64,000 bases of DNA. Origin: Chrysomallon squamiferum (Eukaryota > Animalia > Mollusca). Below, piece after piece: positions 45,810-58,400 of the stretch; within the stretch, counting starts at the first letter, position 1, and each line of letters opens with the position of its first letter. Under the pieces are notes generated by a model. It saw nothing but the letters and a program-made list of their open reading frames with translations, did not search any database and was not told the DNA's origin. The stretch covers positions 7,068,001 through 7,132,000 of the forward strand of contig CM022679.1 in the NCBI GenBank assembly GCA_012295275.1, read 5' to 3'. The position numbers and the translations under genes were made by a program.

Positions 45810-48800
45810 ATGCCCGGACCTGTTGAAAGATGGTTGGGAACATTTATGTGTAAACAATATGCAAATACCTTCGAGGCTTGTGGATTTAAAACTCTCCAAT
45901 CAGTGAGTGGTGAACGCGGGTTTTTCCAATATGGCCGCATTTTGATTCATCGACGCTTGCATACATTCTCAGTAAACTAAATCGTATATCTTTGTTGTAG
46001 GTATGTCAGCTACAGTTGTCGCAGCTCCAGGCTATGGGCGTTTCTCGCGATCACTGTGGAAAAGTGTTAGAGAATGTTAAAATCCTAAGACAAACACTGT
46101 CTGGTAAGCACGTTTTGCAGGTGCCTCAGTTTACGTGATTTCATTACGTAGTTTACTAGTTACCTTCTTTTTAACACCACTCTCCCATGCATACACAGTT
46201 GATTAAATGTTTTATGTGAGTACTGCGTGTTATATGTATTTTGATGGTCATGCCAGATTACGACTATCCTTGGCTTTAGTCAAAATATTTATATTACTGA
46301 CTTTAAATTATTCTTAGATTATGGATCATTTTGCAGTGTGTTTTCCAGTTGTTTTAGGCTCCTGTCACTAACTTGCTTCTCACACACTGGTTATCTCAGT
46401 GATGGCAGTGTAATTAAATGCATCAACATGCTGTGGGAAACATTGCTGTAGATTGTTTATTTTTAAACATTATGAGGAAACTTCTGTTTTTAAAAATCAC
46501 TATATATTTATTCCCTCTGTAGTCTCATCTTTGAAACTTAAAAAATAATTTTAAAATTTCAGGAACTAGGTTAAAAAAAATATATTTCACTGCTTGGTTT
46601 TGTCGTGAATAAATGTGATGTATACAGTAAAAATGTTTTTGCAATATCCCTTGTCATATTATTTCCCACATTTTTATGTTCAGTGACACAAAATTTAATG
46701 AAAAATTATTCCTGTTTGAATATGTATATCTTTTGCCATTTTTAATTTTTGTTGATAAACTGCATACTGGTGGAAAGCTCTGCTTCACACTGACTGCTTT
46801 GTCTAACTTTTCTAAGTTGCACATTTTTCACTGAACTGCTTTTGTGTGTTTTTTGGTATAGAGCTCAGCAAGTTTCCAACAGAATCTTTTGAAATTTCAG
46901 ATGTTCTTCGCATTGTTCCCCATGTTATGAAAATATTGATAAAAAAAATGTTCCTTTGTTTTTTATGAATTTGTAAGAATGGACCATTCCTTTTAACTAA
47001 TGTAAAACTGACACTGTGTTATAATTTCAAGCCAGATGTTTAAGAATTTAAAAAAAGAAAAGATATTACCATAACATGTCCCCATAACAGACACATTCAG
47101 GTGTGACATGACCACCACATTATCATATGATTGGCTGAAAACGTACATTCACAAAACACCTTTGTTTATATGCATATACTTCTTTTTTTTTTTTTTATTT
47201 GCATGAAGTGAAATCTTCTGTCAGCATATTTTAGAGTGACATCACTATTAACTTTATTTGTGATTTTTGTGTTTTTGGATATATATGTATATATAATATT
47301 TATTTTTTCTTTCTTCTGTTAATTTTAGTAATGGTCACTGTTCTAGCTACATTAGAATGATAATTTTTGTTTCATTAAATGCTAAAACTGGTTATAAATA
47401 TTGCAAAATGGTTTCTTGAAATGTTCACTCAACTTGTGAATATTTTTTTCTCTTTGTTAAAGTTCACCTCAGTGATTCAGGAGTTTTTGTTACTCTAAGA
47501 AGATTTTTGTATTATTATTATTATTTTTTTTTTTCCTATTTTTCTCCAAAAATAATAATATAAAGCATTCTTCATAGTTATGGAATATCTTAATTTTTGA
47601 GAAAAAAAAAAAAAAAAAAAAAAAAATAATAATACAAAAATCTTCTTAGATTTGTTAGACTTTGTTTATCATCAGATTGTTTTTAAGATGCATTGGGTTT
47701 ATGTAATTTCTGAATTTCACTTGCCCATGCTAAAAAGAGAAATATTCTAAATAAATAAAAATTAATTATTACTTTGAGCACTTGAGAAGTATTTTTAATA
47801 TAATTTATTCATAATTGAATTATCACTTCTTTTGTGACCATTCACATCATAACAGGGCTGTGTGGCATAGTGTCTAATAATGCATATAAATAAAATACTA
47901 TAACAGCAAAAAAGTGTATAATTTCAAAGAATAAATAAATAAATTTCACTAGACAAAACACTGAAAAAAAAAGTCTTTGTATTTTTTTATAAGTTTATCA
48001 TTTACATAACAAAGGAAACCACTTCTTTTTGTTTTGTTTTGAAATTAAAGCTAATTTTATATATATTTCTCTACAAAGCTTTCATTGCCATGGAAAATTT
48101 GACCTAAGGTGAACAAAAACATGCTAAAAGTTATATTTCATTTATTCTTGACATATCACTGTAGTTGTAATAGAATGGTACAGACAGATAGCAGTGAACA
48201 TGGTTTCTTTAAACAAAAATGCCCCCATTTTTAAAAAAAAAATTTAAAGCATCTTTTCAAATACATTTTTCAAAAAACAGTTTTTACTTATAGCTGTGCT
48301 CTAGGGCAAAACAAGAACGTATATCAGACTAGAAGTTTTGCACTAGTCACATTTTTATGCTTAACATCATTCCAAGAATAGATAATGACAGATTAGTGTC
48401 TACAGCAAGAGTTCAGGTACAGTACACAAGAGGTCAAGGTGAGGTTGATCTAAATTGTTGTGCTTTCAGGTGAAGCCCATGTAAGTGGTAGTATCTGGTG
48501 GAACTGGACTGTATACAAGTTTAATATGAGTCATTGATACATATGGGAAAATAAACTACTTGTCATATTTATTCCTATTGCTGTCTGATTAGTATTTAAA
48601 TTAGGATTTGAATGAACCATTTTTTTAAACAGAAAATTATTTTGGTTGAATATTTAATAGTTATGAGGTAAATTTGTTTTAAAAGTATTGACTATATATG
48701 TTAAGAAACAGCCAAGTAAAATTAATTGAAAATGAGTATTTAAAATTTGACAAAAGTACTTTGATGAATCTTTTTGTTTCACAAGTATGCAATAAATCGA

Positions 48801-51800
48801 AACCGACAGTAACATGTACATACACTCACAAACATTTACACTCAGTTAGATGTCTTACATAATTATAAAGTGTGGTATTCCTCTCTTACCTTTTAAGTCA
48901 TTTCTAAAAACGTAATTTTTTCTTTCATAATAGTTTAGTCGTTTTTTATTTCTTTTTAATTCTAAGGCCTGAAATTATTTTGCTTAAAAAATATTCTAGC
49001 AACAACATTCATTTTGATTTATTTTAACCTGTGTATGTGACTATGTCTGTATTCCGTAAGTTAATGACGCCAAATGCTACTACAATGCAAATGTCCATTT
49101 CTCTGTTATTGTTTTTTCAGGAAATATGAACCACTACTCTGATCAGTATGGAAATTTTGATCCTGGCAATGGCAGAATGGCAGCCATGGGATATGCTGGT
49201 CGATATGATAATGCTGGCATGGTATGTTTTCAGAGGTTGCATATATATTATCATTTTTCTCTCTTTTTTTAAAATGTTTACTATAAATGATATTTTCTAT
49301 GTGTACATTTGGTTTGACCATATAACAACAGTTAAAGTGTAATTTTCTGAGCTGTATTTTTCAAGCAAAAATAATTTGATATGAAATTGATGTTCAGAAT
49401 TAATCGTTCTGAGATACATGTGTGGTTTTTTTCAATTTTTAATTTAATTATTTATTTATTTTCCTATGTTTTAGGGGAATGTTTCATCTGCTTCGGGTTA
49501 TCCACCATTAGCTCATGGTTACAGTGACCAGAATAACATGATGATGCACCAGCAACCTCAACAGCCAATGACTGCTCATGGTGGTATGTATAATCAGTCA
49601 CAAAACTACATGATGCAGCAGCAGCCTAACTCAACTAATCAGTATTCACCTGCATATGGAATTTCTGGTGCAGAAGGACACAGTCAAATGGGAAATGCAT
49701 CTTTTTATGGCAGTGCACCTCAACAACAAATGCCACAAACAACACCTATTCACCATCATATGAGGCAGGTGCCATCTGTTAATACAAGTCCACAGCAGGT
49801 TGCTGACAATATACTGCATATGGCATCAGCCTATCCACAGCAACAAACTGTTCAAGTGCCATTAAATAACAAAAACAGACAGGCTCCCTACCATATCCAA
49901 AGGTCACCACATTATAATATACAAACCAGTCCAGGTTCACATCAGATTGGAATGAATATGTCTAGATCTCCTCATTACAACATGCAGTCTAATAGCCCAA
50001 ACCAGTCAACTATGGATTCAAATCATCATGTAGGTTATCCATCATCTCCACTTCACCAGCAGAGTAGGACTTCACCAGTAAGCCCAATGTTATTACACAG
50101 TCCAATATCTCAGCAGAGCAATCATAGTCATCAAAGCCTTCCTAGCCCAGGGTCACTTCATAGTCCAACATCAACAGGCACGGTTCGTTCTCCTGTTCCA
50201 TCACCAGGTTATCACCAAGGAGTTGGTGGATTAAGATCCCCCACTGATATGCAGCAAATGGCTATGAGTCAACAGATGAGGTCTCTGGCTACCAGTCACA
50301 TGTCATCAGTGGGTACACCATCTCGTGTATCAGGCAGTAGTGGACATTCTTCATCACAGCAGCATTATTCAACACAGAGTCAGCAGGAAGCTGCTTACCA
50401 ACCTGTGCCTAAAGGCGATATGCGCTGTACCTTACAGTCACAAATCTACCACAACCCACCTACCTCATCTATTCCATATGTTAGTGAATCTTGTTCAACA
50501 TCTGGACAAGCTAATGCTTGTTTAGCAAACCCTCTGCAGTCACTACAGAAATTGGTAACGTTGCCAGAGTCTCATGTTGTTGATCCAAAAAGTGTAGTAA
50601 ATGATGCTTGTTTACCATCTCCACAAAGTCATGATAGTTCAAAAAACTGTGATAGCTCTGCAGAACGGCTGGGTGAGGACTACAGCGGTTCTGCAGAGTA
50701 TTCGGACACAACTGACCAAGGTCAATGTACCTATGGTAAAAGTCCTCGGTGCCTCAATGGCAAGAATTGCAGCAAAGGGAAAATCAAGCAGAAAATTGCA
50801 ATTCTAAATCATCTACCACTTCAGAAGACTACTTGTGCCATCATGGGGAAGATGATTGTATCTTAAAGCATTCTGGGAATAGCAATGTTTTAGAAAAAAA
50901 GAAAACTTCTGAAACTGGAAACATAAAGTGTAATTTATCTGACAGCTCTTTACATTCATCTTCAGGATCTAATGAAATTGTTAATGGTGACTTTTTATCA
51001 GATAATGTGGCAATATCTTTACGGAATTCAGCAAGAAAGCATCCAAAAACCAGAATTAAGAAACTGGCAAAAACTGTGTCTGAAAATAAAAATGATGGAA
51101 ATGATGATGACGATGACGATCTATCAAGTTCAGACAAGACAGTATCTTGTAGTCCAGCTATCAGTACTCACAGTTTGGCTGACAGTGAAACTGGTAATAC
51201 AGATAAGCATGACTATTCAAGAAAGACTGATGAGTGCAGTGAAGAGTTTTCTATAAAAAACCATAACAGTAGTGAATCAAAATATAATGTGAAAAATGAT
51301 AACAAAAGTGAAGCAAATTCAAAATGTTTTCCATCCGAAAGTAAACATTCAGACTGTACTAGCTCTGAGAGTACATGCCAGACTGGTTGGGGTTTATTCC
51401 TTAAATCAACTGAAGATTTTAATGATTTTGAGCATGAATTGAGTGATAATGAAAACTGTGATCCACCAGTTCCAAAACCCTTCACTTCTTCTCCCTTTAA
51501 GTCAGACTGTTCATCTGTAAAAAAAATAGATGTAACCATTTCCAAAATAGTCCATTAAGTAGACTGACTGAAAACCCAGAACAAACTGAGTGTAGTAGTC
51601 AAGATAATAGAGTTCAAAATAAAGCAAAGCATTTGCATTCTAATGATACAGGTGATGCTCCAAACAAGAAATTAAAATTGGAAAAGCCTGATAATGTAAG
51701 ATCTCTGCCACCCAAGAAATCTCCAAAGGGAAGGTTGAGGAGAAAAAGTTCTTCAGAATTACTGACAGTTAAAGATCATTTCAGTCTGGATCATACTAAA

Positions 51801-54485
51801 TTGAATAGCTGCTTTGTTGATCTTAGTTCAGACCTCAATCCGAAAATAGGCAAATTGCATGATTCAGATAACGAAAATAACAAAAAATTACGAACGAGTA
51901 GAAAATTCCAGTTTAAAAACTGTCCTGAAAATGCTTCTCAAGTAGAAACTGAAAGTGAAAAAAGAAACAAGCAGGAAGCAGGAGTGTCGGATACAACTTG
52001 TTACAACAATAGTACTGAGGATGAAGAGAATAAGGACAATGAAAATAAACAAAATACTGATGTTAAAAAACCGTATCAAAAAAACAAACAGAATAATTTA
52101 AATGATGTAAAAGGGAAGAATAAACAAGATGGAAATGATTCAGACAACTGTAGCTTAGAAATAAAAAATGAAATTCACATTTCTAACCAGTCAAAATCAT
52201 TGATTGGGCTTGACAGTAAAAATAATGAACCAAAAAGAAAACTTTCACCATTGAGATTTGTAAATTCCAACATTTCTCTGTCAGAAACTGCAAAGAATGG
52301 AAGGGAAAACCAAAGTAAAGTTTCTGGCACTGTTTGTAAAAATGAAAAAGAAGATTTTGTTTCCACAGAAGGTGTCAAAGCAAATGAAGATAACAGTGCT
52401 GATGATGTCACTTTGGATATAAAGATAAAAAACTGTTTAAGAAATTCAGCTGCTGACAAATTTGATGATAATGCTGAAGCAAGGGTTAATAACAGACATT
52501 TTGACCAGAAGCAGTGTCACTCAGGGTCTTCAATAAGTAGCATAAAAAACCGACACAAATCAGGAAACAGAAGAGTGAAAAAAAAGAAAAGTCAGAAACA
52601 AAGAAATGTGTCATATGGAGACTTTGAAGCTTTGAAACTGACAAAGAGCATTGATTTAATTAGTCATAAAAAGAAAAGAATTCAGTCTGCAGGTCCTTTT
52701 GTTAGAATTGAAGGGAATCGGAAATTTCCAAATATAGTGAAAGTGTTCAATCAGACACCACTTGAGGACAAAGATTCAAAATCATGTAGAAATCAGAAAA
52801 CTGGTTTCGTATCTACACCAACAATTCAGGTTTCGAATATTCCATCAGACAAGTCTGTGATGCTTTCATTCAATCGTATTCTTTCAGAAGAATCATGGCT
52901 GTGTGCATTATGTGGTAAACAAACAAGTCATAAATCTCTAGGTGATCTGTTTGGACCTTATTATCTGGAAAACCATTTGGCATTACTTAAAGCTGAAGAT
53001 GAAAGCAAAAAAGAAGCATCTTCTCAGTCTAAGATTAGCCCAGAACCAAAAAGTGAATCTTGTCGAACAACTCGGAAAAGACACTCGAGTTCAACATCAG
53101 ATATAAAACCAAATCCTACACAAAAACCTGTTGAGGTTTGGGTACATGAAGATTGTGTTTTATGGGCAGATGGGGTGTTTCTTATAGGGTCAAAGATATA
53201 TGGACTGGAAGAAGCTATCAAAGTGGCTCATACAACAGTAAGTTTCATTTAATATGGAAACTAATTCTTTTTAATCTTTTTTTAATTAACATTAATAATT
53301 TTCAGTGATTATTTTATTAAATTATTAGTAATAATGCATTGTTAAATTTCAACACACTTTATTCTTGCATAATCTGGATAATGAGTTTTTACATTATAGA
53401 ATTAGAGCACTAGATGGTTGACCGTTATAAAAATATTTCATTTATCAAGGTTTGTTCAAGTTGCAAAGAAAATGGTGCTATGGTTGGGTGTCTTTACAGA
53501 GGATGTGGTCAGAAATATCATTTTGTATGTGCTGTTGAAAAAGGTATGTCAACTAATATTTATGTAATTTTCAGTGTTTTAAATCTTGATTGTTGAATAG
53601 ATGTTTGTAAAATAGAAAGTGTTTGAATAACCCTTTGAAGTTTAAGAAAATCTATTGTAATCTGGAAGCAATTCAATATTGCTACAAATTAATATTCTGG
53701 ACTTCATATTTGACCTTTAAGTATTCATTTTACCTATTTATATGTATCTATGTATAATGTGTGTGTGGATGTGTGAAAACTAGCTTTTGACCAATCTGGA
53801 CTTCTGTGTAAGCCAGCACCGTTTCAAAGACCTGATCAGCTACCATTAATCTATTATGAACAAAACCCTGTCTAAGATGGATTCTGTGTGTTAATTCCAG
53901 AACAAAAGAATAATTTATATATTTATTAGCATTGTCAAGACTGGCACACAATATTGCAAGTAAGGTCACTTAAACAGTGATGCCAGTTTGCACGTAATTA
54001 GACTACTGCATAAGATGAAATGATTGTACTTCTTTAAAGCTTAATAATCAATGATGCCATGCTTATTGTAATTACTATATGCAGCTAGATGAACAAGATT
54101 ATTATTAGTATACTGAAACTCAAGTGAATTCACTCATTTAGATTTAGTATCAAAAGCAGAAGTCTGCATCAATATGTATGTCACACATTTTGCGTTAACT
54201 TCTATTCATCATAATGTAAAAGCAACCTAAAAAAACTGGCATCATATTGAACTTTCATTGAAATCTAAATTAAAATTAATAAAAAAAGTTTTCATGAAAT
54301 CTACGCTGTAAACTGAAAGATTTAGCAGTTGTATGAAAATAACATTTTGGCAGAGAGAAAAGGAGTAAACTCAGTAATAAATGGCAAGTTCCAAATTCTG
54401 AATGGATTGACAATAGCTATGATCTTTGAACAAACTTTTGTATGCTGATGTTCTTAAATGATAAAAGAAATGCTATTACCAAAAG

Positions 54486-54532
<47 letters not shown>

Positions 54533-55434
54533 GCAAATAATTATTGAATTACAAATATTCTAAAAATGTTGTCCCAAATTTTAGAAACAGTTTTTTTTTT
54601 TAACTGGATTTTAACATAATTATTTTTATAATAGAATACAGTGATACCTTTATCTCCACCCAAGTAAATAAACACAAACACTTCAGTTTTATTTTTATTT
54701 CAGGATGTTTATTGGATGAAGAAAGGTTTACATTATTCTGTCCAAAGCATAAGGTAATATGTTTGATTAAGTGCATTTGTTTTATATACTTAATCCATTT
54801 GATACAATAATTAATTAATTTTACACCATCAATATAAAATTTACAGCTGAAGAGTCAAGTTTCCATCCATTAATTTATGAGTTAAATATTTTAAATTGGT
54901 GATATTGCCACCTTCAGCATCATAATTTAATTGATAAATTTGCATTCTTCTATTTCAGAAATGTTTTATTCTGACACCAGTAAGGAATAATTACTGGATA
55001 TTTTTGAAAAAACTATAAAATAAATCAAAAATTTAAACTATTCATAAAGATATAATATAATTATACTTACATGGGTATTTTATGTTAAATTGTTATCCTA
55101 GTTAGGTGAATATCATAGATAATAAATTATCATTGTAAGAGAGAGAAAGTATCTAGCAGGATCAGTTAACTCCAGTAGTTAGATCTACATCCATGTTCAG
55201 TTACTGATAATGTGAAAAATTTTATTAGTCACTTTCATTTCTCTTGGAAGATATAGTTAGCCAATAAATGTTTTCCTTAAACAACAGCAGAATCAAGGGT
55301 TGACATATATAACTTTTGAAATAGATTAAGGTGTTTAAATGTGATTAAATATTGTTTTTTATTGTGTTTTTTTAAACCTGCAGGTTCAGCAAGAAAAAAA
55401 AATAAAGTCAGAAGCTTCCACAAGCAAGTCTTGA
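45810..55434 (+). CDS. RAI1/TCF20-like chromatin regulator: N-terminal SAM domain, long Q/S/P/H-rich then S/N/D/K-rich disordered region, C-terminal extended PHD; about 1418 aa if two frame breaks are corrected
   Basis: Exons: 45810-45902, 46001-46103 (SAM), 49121-49221, 49475-53237 (giant exon in three frames), 53450-53543, 54704-54753 and a probable last exon 55384-55434. The C-terminus (WLCALCGKQTSHKSLGDLFGPYY ... WVHEDCVLWADGVFLIGSKIYGLEEAI ... CSSCKENGAMVGCLYRGCGQKYHFVCA ... LDEERFTLFCPKHK) is the RAI1/TCF20-type split ePHD. A single huge middle exon is also typical of RAI1/TCF20. Confidence 0.85.
48470..48480 (+). other. Candidate 11-nt microexon (GTGAAGCCCAT) of the RAI1/TCF20-like gene
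   Basis: Flanked by ttgttgtgctttcag and gtaagt; phase 1 in, phase 0 out. Confidence 0.45.
54487..54530. repeat. (GT)n microsatellite
   Basis: Seen directly; intronic. Confidence 0.95.
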
Positions 55435-58400
55435 CATTTAATTTTATAGTGAGGTAATTTACTGATACATAAATTTTTCAGTAATTAAATTTATTTTTAG
55501 ATCTGATGAGAAAGGATAGTATGTCATCCTGATTTCTATAGAATAAAAAATCTGTTAATCATAAATATAGAAGTTAGTTACTATTTGTACTGGTATAAAT
55601 TTCTAGGAAGGAATTAATTTTTGAAGGCATTTGTAATGAAAGCAGTTACCTTTGTTTAAATGTTTGTATAGGATTTTTTTCTTTTTCAGGTTCTGCAATA
55701 GTAATTTTCTTTTCTCCAGTAATTTTGGGGAGGGAGGGTGAGGGGTCTGATAATCTCACTTACTTAAAATTTCATTTAATGTTCATTCTTTTTATTACAG
55801 GGGGAAATACACATGGGACTCTGTCATTGTGCTTTGCTTGCTTTTGTGAAGATTGTTTTATCTGAATATGTCATCCTGCAGATGAAATGCCTTTTTTATG
55901 GTTATTTCCCTTTACATAGATATAAAACTGTTACACTACAGATTCGTACAAAATGAAAAAGCAAGACAATTATACTAGTTACTACAGAGAGGTTCAATAT
56001 AACATAAGCCTTAAGTCACTTAACAAGAAAATGAAATAAAATTGTTTTGTTGGGGGTTTTTTGTTGTTGTTTTTTTTAAACTTTTTTCAAACATCAAGCA
56101 GATTTTTATTTAGACTTTGTAAATTGAACTGTTTCATGTGTTTGGGACCCAGACATTTATAAACTTTTACAAGTATGTCTTTCCTTCAAATTATTGTCCA
56201 TTTTTAACTTAAAACATAAATTTTCAGCCAAATATAGTACCAAAAACAGCTGTAATATAAATTATATAATACTGAATAAAATGGGTGTAACTGAATTGGT
56301 CTTAATGTTGATCTAGGTAAAATGTCTATTATTTTATTTTATTTTATTTTATTTATCTATTCATTATTATTATTATTGTTGTTATTATTCCTTAATAAAC
56401 AAATAGTGGTATAGTTTGAATGTCTGGTTTAAATTTCAGGAAAATTTCCAGATTGTTTTGAGACCACTGTTGAAACAAGTATAGTAAATAACAACTTACT
56501 TTAAAGTCTGAAAATACCTTAAAGAGTATATGATGTTTATTATTTTTATTAAAGGATTTCCATTACGGTTTAAGTTACATCAGATTTTGATAGAGCTGGG
56601 GTAAACAATATTTCAAGATCTGGGTCCATTTTTGTAGAGGATGATTTTTTTTTTTATAATGAATTGTTTATTTATTAAATGCTTCAGATAACAGGAATTA
56701 ACATTTTATAAATGTATAAATTGCTGTTAGTCAAGTTTGATTTTTCATGTTAAAATATTAATTGTAATAATTCCTCTGTTTTAATTAACAGATTAGGTCC
56801 ATCTTCACAATTCTATCATTTTGATCCAAATTTATCCTCTATCAAGGATTTTATGTTGATTCTTTGTTGATAATTTAATTGTGTAAATGTCTATCCCTCC
56901 AGAAAACAACTACTACTTTTCTTTTTTTCTCTCCTTTTTTAATTAATTTGTTGTATTATTAAAAATGTATTATCTAGATACCTAAATTCCACAGTGTGCA
57001 CACAGACCCATGCTCGGATACAGTATATAGATTTTCCATGTATTTGTTAAAAACAACAACAAAAATACATTTGTGTGTGTAATTGTTCCAAACAGTAATT
57101 TTGATTATATTTAGTAGATAATATACTTTCTCGCATTTTGATTTGTTTCTAATTATGACTATTGCCTTGATTACAAATAAAATAAAAAAAAAAAATAAGT
57201 TTAGAAAACCCTACAAATTACATGTATGTATATTAAACTTTAAATGGATGGATGTAGTACTGTTGATTTTTAATTAAAAAAATTTAAAGTGCACTGGGGG
57301 GAAAAAAATTTTTTAGTAATATTTACCTTGAAGGCATAAAAAAAGTTCGAAAAAAAATAAAAATGAAATGAAATTTATTATGGCAGCATTTTTTTAAAAC
57401 TGATTAATGAATTTGTCATTTTGAAACACTATTTAGCTTGAATGTTAAATGTTCTGAAGAACTGAATTCATTTTGTTTCATGCAATTTTTCATTCAGGTT
57501 ACATTAATTGTGTTAATTTTTATTGGTTCTCTTATGGTTGTGCAACAAAATTAGATCATTAGTCTGTATGTAACTTAATATTTCTGTGTATTGTCATATT
57601 CTGTTTCATGTTCTTCAGCATTAACTTTTTTTTTCTTCATTTTCAAAAAATGTATTATTATTATTATTATTTAAATCTAATTTGCCCCATATGTTAAACA
57701 AAAATTTAGTGAATGCTCATCTTACTACTCTAATGCAGTATAGCTGATCAGTTATTCCCAGATAGCTTTGGAAAGATGTTGAATACTGGATACATCTTTG
57801 TTATAGTTAAATGGTAGGAGTTTTTGTTATTGTCATGTAAACTTGCTGTTGTAAATCATCCATAAGGACTTTGCAAAAGATAATTTAAAAAAAAAAGAAA
57901 CTTCTCGCAAACAAAAGATGCATTTTGCATACAAGTTGATACAAAATAAACAATGGAAAAAAAATATCATGATTTGTGTTTTGTTCTTAATAAGGATTAG
58001 AGATTTACTGCCAGAAATAGCAAGTAATTTTACTAGAAGTTTTAAAGTTAGACCTCTGTAAGCAGCTCAAAAGAATTACTATATATTTTTTTTAAAAGTG
58101 ACACAAAAAGCAAAACAAAAAAGTTTTATTACATGTGTTCTGGATGTGGCTGTAATGTGTTCTGTGTTAACAGCAAGTTCTGTGATGGAATAGAGCATAC
58201 TAAAAATGCATCTAAAAATGTTTAACGAAATATTTTGTGAGCTATAGGATTGAAATCCAGTATGCATTGAGGCTGCAATTTTCTTTTGGAAAAAAAGTAA
58301 AATCACAAATAAATGTCGGTTAACACACTTAAAATGAAGATGTGGGATCAAATCACAATGTTGTTAATGGACATGTTATGTTGCTGTTAATTTAGTGCAG

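Noticed and set aside
50776-50783. G_GGA_AAA canonical -1 slippery heptamer at the first frame break
   Set aside because: It is in the wrong register: the translated frame reads AAA GGG AAA ATC, so tandem slippage does not apply.
50511-53221. Minus-strand ORFs and short alternative-frame ORFs within the giant RAI1-like exon
   Set aside because: Expected shadows of a biased-composition coding exon; no motifs.
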